Origin: Paragordius varius
Lineage: Eukaryota > Animalia > Nematomorpha
Assembly: GCA_964247055.1 (NCBI GenBank)
Contig: OZ176052.1
Span: 9,238,001-9,302,000, forward strand
Direction of reading: 5' to 3'
Length of the DNA: 64,000 nt
The position numbers and the translations under genes were made by a program. Under the pieces are notes generated by a model. The model worked only from the letters and a program-made list of their open reading frames with translations. It did not search any database and was not told where the DNA came from. Positions 35,384-49,298 of the stretch are shown here, piece by piece (position 1 is the stretch's first letter; every line of letters begins with the position of its first letter).

Positions 35384-37724
35384 CTAGAAATATACAAACT
35401 TCTATCAAAATTTAAATATGGGTATGATATGATATTCATGAAAGACTATATAAAATAGATGAGTGTTAAGTGTAAAAATAAGTTCAAAAGATTGAACAGG
35501 TCGAAAAATGTTTTTTAACCTATAAAGTCTCATAAATGTTTCAGCCCCAATTAATTATTAATTTTATAAAGAAAATAATCAAATGAGCGGAAAAATCTTA
35601 AATGTTTAAACTAAAAATTGGATTTCTTCTATAGAGGGGGCTTAATGAGATTTTTTGGTTTAAATCGAAAATTCTTTCTTAGGCCCTATCATATAAATGA
35701 ATTTTGGGTTAATTTTTATTGATTCCACCTTTATATTTGGAAATGGGATGTTTTTTTAAACATGAATCAAAATAATGTGTTAATTTAAATATAGTTACTC
35801 CATAATTATAAAACGTTAACAGACCCAATGTTTTATATCTTACGCTATTACAATGCTACAGATTTCTGAATAATCACTGCCGCCAAAAGTTAGGTCTCAC
35901 AGACCATCTATGTTTTGAGTATTTTAGCCAACGATTCAAAAACTAAAAAAAACATTATTTTTGATTAATTTCTGTTGATATTATATTAATTTTAGGCAAA
36001 AAAGGTTCATGGTGCAGATATTAGACCCTGAATTATTATGCAGTAAAGTATAGGGTTTGGTTATCGGTCGGGCCGGCTTGATATAAATGCAATCGTTAAT
36101 GTTCATAACAATGCCCTAATTGGATATGGTAACTAAACAAACACTAAAACCAATATATTTTAAATAGTGTAAGTACTATTGTGAATGCCAAGGATATAAA
36201 TTTTATTAATTTACATCTTTGTACCATTATTTTGTAATGATTTTATGACCAGTAAAATGAATAGCCAAAAATTTTGTTTAGTTATATGTATATTCAATTA
36301 GATTCAGAGTTATATATACCTTAACCAGTTAAACCCAATCCTATTGAGGTCCATATGCGGTTTAAACAAACAATAATAAGATTTTTACAATGCTTTACGC
36401 ACTTGTGACAAACTATATATCTATATGAAATAATAATGATTTATGATACTTTTCATATTTTTGGAAGTTTGCATTGTACAGACTAAAAAACATTATATTT
36501 TTTAATAAGATACATCCATTAAGTATTTTAGAGTTTTTGTGTAATTACAGTAGCTCATGGTGTAAAAAAGAGTTGTCCATAATTAAGTAAACAAAATTAA
36601 TGTTGAAATATAAGTAAAAAAATGTTTAATAATAGCTATTAGATGTTTTTTATCACACGCTACTGTATGATTACTACCCAACATTTATAGTATCATATAT
36701 TTAATTAAGATTAATCACTTTGGTGGGAGATGTGTAAAAATAGCATTATATTTTCAAATGTTAAAATCCAAAGTACAAGAATATATATATAATTCTTGCG
36801 TGTCTAATTCCGTTTTTTTTTTGTTTGTTGAAAACACAATTATTGCATAAATTAGTATATATTATATACCACATTCATAATTTTGCAGAGGTAAATAAAA
36901 TAAATATTTTTTTTATAATTTATCAGCTTTGGTAATAATTTTTTCTCCACTAATTTATGGTTATTTCTAGGAAGAATTCTTACAAATAATAATTAAACTT
37001 TTAGATGATCTATATCATCATCATTATAATATACATAAGATTCATTTTTTAAACAATTTATATGTTCAGCTTCAGACAAAGTGAATGAACTCATTATTCA
37101 AAGTGCGCATCTAAAATAAATAATGGCCATTAGTTGTTTCAATAAGTTTGTTATAAAATAATATGTACTTGTTCCCTTTTTACGGCAAATAAAATTAAAT
37201 AAAATTTCTCCAATATTGTGTATAAAGAAAGATATATAAATTAAATTAGAAATGCTTGTTTTACAATGTAAGTAATAGATCAAAAGATGTGTGGTTGGTT
37301 CGTTAGTTAGTTGTTAGTTAACGGGATAGGATGGATTATAATAGAGAGGTGAATGTATTTTTAAAATCAAAAAAATTTGTTACATCCAAAAGTTATCCCA
37401 TTCTAAATGGTGAAATAATCTCATAAAACCAAAATATTTATTTTTTCGGGAAATATTCCACAAAATATTGGGATTATTTCGACTCAGTGGGCTTAAAATG
37501 TTTACTCCCTACCAAAATTTTAGCCCGTGTAAAATTTAGAAAATATTTTATAATTTGAGAATTTATCTTGGTTAAATAAAGTTATATCATTTATTTTGAC
37601 CGTAAAGAGATGATTTAAACTTTTTTATTAAAGAGAAATTTAAGTTTTGATTTTTATGTAGGCCAACCTGAATATATCTAGGCCGTAAATTTAGTCCCAC
37701 ATTAAAAAATCGTTTATATTTTTT

Positions 37725-37765
37725 TCTTATGCGGCCCGCGGAGCCATTTGTGTTGGACACCCCTG
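37725..37765 (-). mobile_element. hAT-MITE terminal fragment
   Basis: GCGGCCCGCGGAGCCATTTGTGTTGGACACCCCTG, which reads CAGGGGTGTCCAACAC...GCGGGCCGC on the minus strand. Confidence 0.55.
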
Positions 37766-40102
37766 TTATTTATATGTATTTTTGTATTAAATTAGGCTTT
37801 CTGCATGGATGGTTTAAGATTCTATATAGCTTTAAAGGAATGTAATTTGTTTTAAAAAGGACACACCCAATATTATTTCAACCGAAAATTTGTAGTCATC
37901 ACTCGTCCAAGCCAGCCATAAAAATTTATAAAGGTTAAAGCACACGTTATATGATAAAATTGGGATTACCTTAAACCCATTATGAAATGATTAATTAAAA
38001 ACACATCATTTGCATTTGTTTTTGATTTTGAATCATAAATATACAAAGTTTTAACTTAAACGTTAAAGTCACTTTTTTATAGAGACAAACATAATTTATC
38101 ACAATCCATTGAATAATTATTTATATGAGTAAAATCATGAAAGCGCCAAATTTAATATGGGTTCAAAACAGTACTCAATTTTGGGTGGTGTTAAATAGCT
38201 CAACTAAATAAAAAATTGAAAATCAGAGTCAGTCTAACCCTTAGATTCCAGATGAAAAAAATTTTGCAAATCCATAAAAAGAAAATCCAAAAAACCACCA
38301 AATCGATAGATTATGATAAGATATACGTCCATTCAAACAAATTATAAATAATATTTAGAAAGAGTTAGAACAACAAACTATATAAAATGGACAAAAAATA
38401 ACTTTTGAGAGGATCATTGGAATTTTTTTGGGGCTCTGTTTGTTTTTGTCTCATCATGCCTCAACTGTATGGATTAATTAGTCGGTAAAATATAGGGATG
38501 TTTCTTACAAATAATTATAATTTCTTGAAGTATTATTAAAATAAGATATTATTTGATTTTTATTACATAATATCGAAGGTATGATGGTGATTGAAGAATT
38601 AAATAACGGGCATGGTCAACACATAAAAATTTTATATAATGATTTATCTTTTTCAAAAAAACATTATGTATATTATGTTAGTTGTAATCTTCACTTCATG
38701 TGTCATTAGGAATATAAAAAATACGGTAATAAAATCCTAAATTTATACTACATTGCAATGCAGTAATTGTTTAAAATATATGAACTTTAGCCTTTTACAT
38801 ACATGAAAAGTTCCATAAGTTATGTACTTTTTTTTCGCTTTAGCCTTTTCGTTCCTTGGTTAATAATTCAAATTTATCAATTGCTTCTTCCCGTTATAAA
38901 TGAAAATGTAATTTATAAAAATGTTTTTATCAGCAAGTTAGATATTTGAAAGAAAATTGGTTGTTTCAATAATATTGTCTAACTTATTTTTTTAATGCGA
39001 ACGCTGAACTATGAAAAAGTTATTGAAGTCAAAAAAAAAACTCAAACAATTTCAAAAAAAATTGTACTTCGGTAATTATTATATCATATTACTATAAAAG
39101 GCCGTTGAAAAAAAAGATTTAAAACATAACTGAACTCTTTTTATGTAATATTTTAGGATATAACAGATCAATTCTTATCTTAGACTAAAGAGTAATTTTA
39201 TAAAAGCCTTTTATAAGCTATACATTATTTTTGATTGATTACCACAATTACATTTGAAATGAATTTAGAGTAAAAAATCTCCTCTAAGAAAACATGTTTT
39301 GATGGCAAAGAGTATTTAGCGTTTTTTGACACTATAATGTAATTATAGTTTAATTACAGAAGACCTTAAGCTGTAGAAAACCTTAACTGATGTAATAATA
39401 ATAATATAAAATTTATTTTGTAAATTTGTGTAAAATTAAAATTTCAATAAAATACAAATAGTCCGGTATATATTTTTGATATAATAATTCTATCATCATC
39501 AGCGGTAAAACAAGTGAAGTTAAACAATTTAAGCTTGATTGATATGATCCTGACATTGTTCAATAGTTATATTGAATATTATTTTAATTAAACTTTATTC
39601 GCATTTCAATAAAGACATATTTAATATAAAAAAATTAGTAAAATCTTTCTCTCCAATCTCACCTTAAATATTTTTCTGAATTTGTAAAACTTTTTAAAAA
39701 CTGGATAAATATAGATTGAAAATAAAGCATTGATATATACTTAATTTTAAAATTCAGCTGTTTGTTTTAACTGAATTTGAACACTACGAATAAACATGCT
39801 AAAAGGTTAATTAAAAATGGTAGTTTTTTAATAAGGCGTTACATAAAATGAAATCATTTTAATCACCAATTATGTATACACAGAGCTATAAAAATAGGTT
39901 ATACAAAAATAGTTCGCAAAAAATATGTTTGATTTTATAAATTGTCCCTGCCAATACTCATATTAATTTAAACATTGATAAAGTCCTGAATATCACATTG
40001 AATTATTAAAATATTATTCAGCGGCAAAATTTAGGATGCAAAGAATGTTTTTTTGTCATGAATAGTAAGGTTTAAGTTGTTACCTTATCTGTTTACTTAG
40101 AT

Positions 40103-40140
40103 AATGGGTGTCCAACACAGATGGCTTCGCGGGCCGCATT
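40103..40140 (+). mobile_element. hAT-MITE terminal fragment
   Basis: TGGGTGTCCAACACAGATGGCTTCGCGGGCCGCATT, same family as 37725-37765. Confidence 0.5.
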
Positions 40141-42339
40141 TGAAATTTATATCGGCATTTATCACAAATTATTAGTTTTCAAAAGAAGGTTGTATAATGC
40201 AAACACAATATAACAATTTTTTCTATTTTTTTCATTTAAATGTATTACAATGCATATATTTGATGATAAATGTTAAAATCAATGACATTTTTTAAAATTT
40301 TTGTAAAGACGATAATCTGCTTTGTCATGTGGACATTTAACTCACAGTTATTTTTATATACATCTAAGATGAATTCTAGCAATAATTTATTTATAGTTGT
40401 GTAAAAGTAACATATTTTATTGGTTGGTAAAAAATCGTAAAAAAGCAGTTTCACTTCACCAACAAAATGAGCTAATCCCAGTTTAAGATTTGTCAAAAAA
40501 GGTGTTTTTTATGACAAAAGAATAAAAGAACAATATAAAATTTTATAGCACATTACTACTAAACCATCATAAATAACATTATCATCCAACTCGCGTAAAT
40601 TAGGCCTAAATGCGAAAGAAAAAGGTAGTAATTTAAATAAGATGGGGCAATCCAAAATAAATTAAAGAAAAAAAACTAATACAATTTCAATTTCTTATAT
40701 TCAAAATCATTGCAAAAAACCAATAAATCTTAAGATTTTTTATTGCTCCTCGTGTATAGTTACAAACGTCTATTATTATCATCCATTTCCTAATTTGAAT
40801 ATGCCTCTAAATCAAGCAAAAATAATTTAAAATGATTTCCTAAGAACAGATATATACGCCAATATTTATATAAATTCTCAGAGCAGTCGCTGTCAAAATT
40901 AAATAATGTTCAAATAAGAAGACAAAAAAATAAGCTTTATAGCTTAGATACAGGACACAAAGAGTCTAAATATTTACCTTGTCAACAATGCATCATAAAT
41001 TTATTTAGGAGAGAAAAAACGATGGAGTCTATATAGCTTGATCTAGCTAGTAGAGCTTCAAATTTTATGCAAAACGGAGTGAAGAACATAAATCTTCTAT
41101 GTTAAAAAATCAAAAAAAAACTGACAAACATAAAGGGATAAAAAGCAAGAGCTAGTTATAAATGACGAGGAGAGATTAAAATTTGTAAAAATAATTATTA
41201 TTTTACATTTTAAAAAAATCTTAAATTTGTCAAATGCCACTAAAATGTACCACAGTGTTAAAATTTAAAACATCACATTAACGAATAATTTTGACAGTTT
41301 TATGATGTGTCCAAGTGTTTAATATAGTTTAATTCTTTTTTTAATCTGCTGAGAGTTAATTTTTTTTGTCTAATAACAGATTTAAAAAATTTTAAAATTC
41401 TAAATACTTTTGCTGTGATTTTAGTTTTTAATTTTAAGACATGTCACATAATCTCAATGAAAATATTTTTTTAATTAATTAAATCAATAGATAGATGGAC
41501 ATTACATGAGCTATATAGAATTCAATTTAATGCGTTTTAAAGGAATACTACACGCAAAAAGGCGTCAAATAAAACAAAAAAACTATAAAATATTTGCAAG
41601 AAAATCAATAATACCAGAACATAAATACATACACAGGTATGTCCTTTAATTATATACCATTTATTTAAATGATACTACAATTTATAATATCCTCAGACAT
41701 TCTATAAAAATATATATATTATGTCCAATATAATGTCACATATCTTTCGATTTATTGAGTTTGAGATCTAAAAAGTATACATGAAATAAAATTATATTAT
41801 AAAAAGTATATGGAATGATTTATTATCCATAATGGTTTACAATTAAATGCCTTGTGATATCTTATTACAGTAAACACCCATATCATGTGTTATATGGGTC
41901 TTTTAGATAACCAATAAAAGGACCCATATAACCAATAATATGCTACTTACTGTAATTAAATAAATATTACAACGTTGAAAAAGTAACCATTGATAAATTA
42001 AATTATCAAAAAGTAAAATATTTTAACATGACAAATGTTATCTGGAAAATTTCAAATTATGATATAACAAAATATTTATTTTAATTAAGCGAAATATTCC
42101 ATCTAATTTATCTATGTCAAAATATAGTTTACTTTTAATTATTTTTTGACCATTATCAAAGTCAATCAAAATAATAGCTATAATATAATATTATAAAACC
42201 TTTGTTAGCAACAATCGCAATTTTCCGAGGTTCATTTTGTTGTCGAATAATTTCATTGAACCTGTTGACAAAAAATAAAAATGTATTTTAATATAGATAT
42301 TAAATATTTCGCATTTTTCCTAAAATTTTTTAGAATAGG

Positions 42340-45300
42340 TTAAAACCAAAAATACCTCCTTATACGTTCAGCAACACTTTCACTTGCGTTTTGGGGCTCA
42401 GTCGATGTCACACTTTCAGTAATGAGAGATTTTACGTTTTGATTTAAACTTGAAACCAATTTAGGTCGTTTAAGCATTCCGCGATCATCAAGCATTTTAT
42501 TTTCGTGATTATCCATATAAATATCAAGTTTTCCATTTGAGTAGGGAGGTATATTGGCCAAAGAAGCGTACAAATTTTTAGACTTTTTACTACGCAAGTC
42601 AGAATCCATTCTTGTGGACAAAATCATTTCATTTTCTAGATTCTTTCTATCATCCTCCACCGCATGTATTAAACGGTAAGGGTTAAGCCCACACTTGAGA
42701 GAATTCGGTCGGCCACGCAATAATGTTCGCTTTCGTTTATGACAAATATTTGCTTTCTCTGGCGATTCAATACCATGAGTACTAGTAATGTCATTTTTGT
42801 ACATAGGGGAACCCTTTTCAATATTCTGATTGTCGGTTTTTGATTCTTCGGCGATTGTTTCGTATACATTTTCCGTGGGTGTTAGAATAATACTATGTAA
42901 ATTGTTCTCGATATCCTGTGAAGTCAATGATTTACGTTGAGCAATTTCTTGGTGGATCAATGCTTTTTTCAACAACCGGCGAGCAGTTTTGTATGTTGGA
43001 GATGGTTTGTAAACTTCATTTATGCTTGAAGCATTTTCTTTGGGTTTAACATATTTAACATCTAAAAATTTAGATTTATATGTGCATCAGTTTTTAAACT
43101 GTATAAAATTAACTTTGACTGTAGAGTATTAACCGAAATATGAGATATATTAATACCATAAAATGAAATTGATAGAAAAACAATCGGAGAGATTATTTTA
43201 CCTTTACTTTAAACAAAAAAATGTGCTTTATCGCATCTTTTTAAAAATAATTACTCTAATAAATAAGCATCTAAAATTTAAAAAAAAATCTATACAAAAA
43301 TTAGTTTATATAATGTAATCAACGCAATCGTATTAATCAAAAGCAATCCAAGGTCCCAAATATAATAATATAAATTATATGATGATTAACCATTATATAG
43401 TTTTAACATTTCAAGAATATTTGAATGTGGAATCCAAAAAATATTAAATTTTATTCCCACTCGCCAAATATGTCAAGTAAAATGTTGTTAATTAATTCAA
43501 TCGATTTCAAACCTTACACATTTATATAAAAATATTTACCGTTAAAATTGGGATACAAGGCCAATTTTGCATCGATAAAAACTTCATCGTCTTCCAATAC
43601 ATTTTGCGTTTGGCTGTTATGATTGGATAGAGATGATTGATATAAATTGGGGCTTCCTTCACCATTCATCATTTGTTTGTCATTTCCATCACTCAAAATG
43701 GAATCGATAGATAATTTTAAATGATCCCCATCTATTAGTACGGTAAAATTTTCATATTAATCATATCTAACTATGGTAAAAATTTTAACTGCAACAAGGT
43801 AAAAAACTATATTATTCTATTAAGATCTTCTCTACAATTTAAATTAATGCAACTGTGAAATATATAATTGAGTTAAACAATATTCCCAATTTAACAGCCC
43901 AAAACAATGCGTTTTATAAAAAAAAATTGAAGGGTTAAAAGTATGGTTGTCTCTGAAAAAATATTGATCTTTTAGTTTTTACGTTTTGTCTGTATAATTA
44001 TTATCTTTACTGTAAATTAAATAAATAAAGCAAAATGATAAACAATGGATAATATATAAAATATAATATCTAATAATAACTAATTAACTTTTTTGGATAA
44101 AACAATCAAAAATAATTTAATATCGCTTGATGTAATAAACTTTACCCTTAAGGCCAGGTAACTGAGAGCAACTCAAACTTTTTCGATCACAATAATTGAA
44201 TAAAGCCGTGTAATTTGTGATATCGTTCATGGCACTGATTCTATCATCTTCGGTATCAAAAGGCAATGGATCCGTTGGAACTTCGTTCGTTTGATTTGGT
44301 TCGCCTTAAAACACATTTTAATTAAATTTTTTCTTTGGAAATAAAAATATATAATTATAAAATTATACAGGGGACCACACTGATAATGAGATTTTTTATG
44401 TAAACAGCGCCTATAAACTAAATACCTATCTTGATTATCAGACACTTTTCCTATTTCTTAATGTAAAGCCCTAATTTTTAGGTTATAATTAGTTAAAGAT
44501 GAGAACACGTTCCCAACTTGTGTGTCTTATGAAACGCTTTTAAACCAATAAATTAACCAACTAAATTTATTCATTTTTAATTATTTTTTTCCCCAAATAT
44601 TTATAATACATTAAACATATATTATTTAACAAAATTTATTATCATTATTGTTACCAAAAAATTAATATTAATTAAATTTTAACTAAAATTTGATATTTTC
44701 CCACATTCGGGGTCATTATGAGATGGGTATATTGTTCAAAATTTTCATTTAACACGAAAGAAGAAAAAAGAAACTTAAATTTAATGACTAAAAAGGGTTA
44801 AGATGGCACAAATATTTTTCATGTACGAATAAATATTATGAAATCATTGTACTTTTCGGTATTATAGGTGGTTTTTTGGGACAAACTAAATTACATTTAC
44901 TGTAATTTCTTGCAGCGATACGTGGGTTTTTCCGACACGGAACCTCTATAAATTTATTGTAAGATAAGAATGTTATTTTTGGCAAGATAGGCAAATCAAT
45001 TATGGGGCTTAAAAATAAATAATTTTTTTTACTTCGATGTGTTACTTTTATCGGGACATCATCAATATCTGGTTGACATTTGTCATTATTAATATTCTGT
45101 TCCACATTTTCAGTTTGAATAATTTGGTTGCCTTTTAAAAATTATTTAATGGTAATATCATTAAAATATAGGGCTACTTTTATAATAATAATATGTAAAA
45201 ACTGCCATTTAAAATGACGTCATATAAATAAGTATTTATAAAATTAATAGGTTAAGTATATTTTTATGTCATGGCTAAAACAAAATTAATTTCATTTAAA

Positions 45301-48300
45301 AACATACAAATTTGTGAAAAATTATTAAACTGCTACTTTCGTCAATCAATTTGGGATATAAAGTAGGAGCTTGTGCGTTAATGTCATTCGGAATTTCTAT
45401 ATTTTGCATTTCATATTCCTATAAATTAAATACTTGAATATAATTATTTTTTAAAAATATGATCTAAAAAGGTGTATTTAAAGACTTGTTGTTAAATTTG
45501 TTGGAATAATAAAGTTAATTTAAGAAATTAAACATTAAGCCAATTATTTTAAGTGTAAAAAATTATATACCACATTTTTTATTTAAATTTTTATTTAATA
45601 ACTTTAGAAAAAATTAAAAAAAACATTTTATATAATTCATAATATTTGATAACTTATATCAATCTTACCAAAGCATGCGATGAAGCTTGATAAGGTTTAG
45701 TTGTTTTATCCATTGAAGCCAATTTGTAAAATAACTTGCGCACACCACTAACCCCCTTGGGCAAAATTCTGCAGACAGTAACCAAAAATGAATTTTATAA
45801 TATCCAATAAAGAATGTGATAAAACCAATTCAGTATCATAGATTTTTAGTCAATCGATAAACAAAATATATTATAACTTTTTAGATTTTCCTGCCCCCGT
45901 ATTGGTAAGTTGTTTACAATTAAGACGCGGAAGGGATGCAACTAAATGGTTTTGAGCATTGAGCGCTATAAATAATAATCCATAAAATACTTTTTTCAAA
46001 AAAAATATAAATTAAAATTGAGCAAAAAACAGTATAATACCGTCATTGCGCTCCTCTAAATGAGTCAAAGTTTCTTGACTTAAGGAATTAACTTTACCTT
46101 TGCTTTGTATTCTATATAATATAAAAAATATAAATTGCATAAAACCTAATTGGCTATGTCGTTTTTTAAGTAATTATAAACATTTTTCATTATCATAACA
46201 TGGTGTTTGTCGTTATGGTTTAAGAGTTTAAAATACGATTAATGAAGGTGACCATAAAAAACACATACATACACACATAATATATGTTAAAATAAAATTT
46301 TTAAACAAATGGCACATCAAAGTTTTAGTTTAAAATATAAATTAATTATACACTATCAATTAAAAGATTCAAGCATAAAACTTACTTATTTCGTTTGCTT
46401 AAAAACATATTCCCAGATCTGGTAAAAGGGGATTCATACTTTTGACTTGATTTGAAGATATCTTTTGTAGCTTTAGACGTGGTTGTATTTGCTGTTTTTC
46501 TACAAACAAATGTCAGTTTGTAAAATAATAAAAAAATGACTTGAAAATATTAGCAAATACTTAAAGAAGGAATGAGTATTTTGTATGGGCTGAGGTGTTT
46601 TCTCCACAAAAAATTGATGTAATCTAGTTTCATGTTCCTGCTCGATTCCATTAAATCCATTTTCAATCGATTGCGATCCACCATTAGATTTTTTATTTGG
46701 ATATAAATTGGGGGCCGATGGGCTTTTAGGTTTATAGTGTGGTGTGATATGGTGATGAGGTGTACAAGGGGAATTAGCTGTATATATATATTGTGAGAAT
46801 TAAAAATCAGTGAAAAAGTTCAAAAATTTGCATAATAATATTTGTGTTTAGCTGTAATAAATAAATATTTAAAATAAAAATTTTGTGAAAATATCTTATA
46901 TTTTGTTTAACAATATTGGCGACTAGTGCTAGTTTATTTTATTAATAGTGATAGATGACATTTACAGTAAAGAACATTTTTCTTGGCTTATAGTTGGTTC
47001 TCAGAAAAATCAATTTTTTTGTTGCTAGCCAATAATTATGCTCTTTACTGTAAATGATAGTTATAGATAAAAATTTAATAAAAAACTAACATTACCTCAA
47101 AATATAAAAGTTATTAATTTTACATATTGTGTCAAATATCAGAAAATGAAACAATCAATTGCCAATAAAAAAAATTTTATTCGAAAAAAAATATATCCGA
47201 AAATTGTTACCAATTTGTTTCATGTAATTTGAATCTTGCATATGATGTGGGTCAATATATGCCGCATTCACTACCATTTTTTTCAAACCATGCCTCAAAC
47301 CTATCATCATAGTAGAACAAAAAAAGTGTTTATAAGTTTAAATTTAAATATTTTAAAACCCAATAACATTAACATAAACAAAATGTATAACCATTAACTA
47401 AAGAACCACTACGCCGATGACCTTTTTTGGATTGCCTATCTGAATATGGGATTCTTTGGACAGAATTACCGCTCGTTTTAGAGACATTTGGGTACAATGA
47501 TGGTACTGTTCTGTAAATACAAATCAAATGTTATCAATAAACTATTATTATATGCCATAAAGATAGATTTAAATTTCTTTTAATTATTAATAGGATGTTT
47601 CTTGAGTTTTTTAAAGCCTTAGCATCATAATTTCTTGTAAATATATGTTTGCGAAAACAAAATAAAAAATATTAACATATTGAAAGACAACAGCCAAAAC
47701 TTTTATGCTTGACAGTTATGATTTCCATGATTATCTTTTCAATTTTATACTTATCACAAAGAATAAATTACCTGCAATTTTTATCGTCATTCAAATCGAT
47801 GAGAGCGTTTTCAGATTCTGAGTTGTTACAACATAAAGCATATATTTCTTCCGGTATGTAACCAAGTCTAAAGCATTCCGTAATATATAAAATAAATTGC
47901 ATATCTAAAATATATGAAAAAAAGACAGAGAATTAATCATATTTTATATATTAAAAAGTTATATCCATTCTTTCCTAATAATACCACCGAAATTTATTTA
48001 AACAAAAAAATATCACATAAATTTAGATATTTTCTATACTTATCAGAATTTTCAATAAAACAGGTTATGATTTTAATCCATGGGACAAATTCTTTCCAGG
48101 AAAGTGAATTAATATCTTGGAGCAAATTAGGGGTCATAACTGTGGCCAAATTTTCGGCACTCATTTTATTTTTTGAGACATGCTGCGAAACTTGGTTCAA
48201 AAAATCAAATGTAAATCTAAAAATAAATCAAATTTAGTTAATATGAAATTGGTAGATAAAAAAAATTAAAATTGAATTTTTTATGGGTTTAACGTAATTA

Positions 48301-49207
48301 CCAATAATTAGTTTCAATAGACTAATTATATAGTTCACAAATTATTCTTTATAAAAATGATTACTTAAAATCGTTTAAATTATCACAGTGGAGAAACAAA
48401 TAAACATTAAATCCTCTTTAATGAGAAATTTTAGGTATATAATAGACATGATAAACCCATTTAATCAAATTTAATTATGCTCATTCAAATTAAGAAATTA
48501 ATGAGAACACTGATATCAATAATCTAATAGTTGATACATAATAGAGAAAACAGTAAATATGCAAATTAACCATATTTAAGCAAATATATACCGCAAAGTG
48601 CAAATGTTTTCATACGGTAAGAGTAAGAAAGTTAAATACAAATAAATTGCATTTTGCTTTTCAATTTCAAGATTTTCCGAAAATCGAACACGTTTGTACA
48701 CTAATAAAAATAGCTTCCACAGGTACCGTGGAAAAATGGGTTCTGGCAACTTTGCAAAAAACAATTTAATTAAACAACATGCATCAAACACGTTGAAAGA
48801 TATATTGTGGGGAATATCATTTTCTTTATTAACGTATTTCTATGAATTAATCTTAGTGGATACTTGAATTTGAGACTGACGGGGACAGGAACCAGATTTC
48901 CTAAATAAACCCTCTTGATCAATATTTTTTAGAACAATCTTGCTTAATTCGACCAATAACCTATTTATAATAATACAAATGTACCTTGGTGCTATAAAAG
49001 ATTCCGATAATTCAATAAAATCATTCTTATTTATTGAGCCGCCAAAAAATAAATTTTGATTACAAACCTTATATTTAAAAGGGTAAAGAAAACTTTGGGT
49101 TCGCAATTATTTAATTCAAGAGAGGATAATTTCAAGGTTGTTATTATATATTCCCGTAACTTCTCCTGCGACAGACACAAATTATTTGACTGAGAAAAGA
49201 AATTCAT
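42340..49207 (-). CDS. ARHGAP11: RhoGAP-domain protein, ARHGAP11-like (N-terminal RhoGAP, long low-complexity tail)
   Basis: ATG at 49207. Exons 49207-49094, 49067-48985, 48960-48864, 48839-48592 and 48216-48040 encode FFG...P...EGLFRKSG, LIKLFFAKLPEPIFP and NKMSAENLATVMTPNLL. Further minus-strand exons run to 43061-42340; linkage of the tail exons is less certain (two phase joins unresolved). Confidence 0.8.
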
Positions 49208-49298
49208 GGTTATTTTTTAAATCAAGCGGCATAATTTTGAATCATTCTCAATAAACAAATGCTTTAATGCATGGTCGCATATTCATGCCTGATTAACC
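49208..49298. promoter_or_regulatory. Putative bidirectional promoter / shared 5' region
   Basis: 91 bp between two divergent start codons; no promoter motif identified. Confidence 0.5.

Noticed and set aside
37725-40140. Inverted hAT-type termini that might bound one 2.4-kb element
   Set aside because: The termini face outward, so they belong to separate fragments.
49259-49291. Upstream peptide (M)FNAWSHIH resembling the RALGAPB N-terminus MYSEWRSLH
   Set aside because: Needs both a frameshift and TGA read-through; the ATG at 49299 already gives the expected distance to the conserved W-x-M-E motif.
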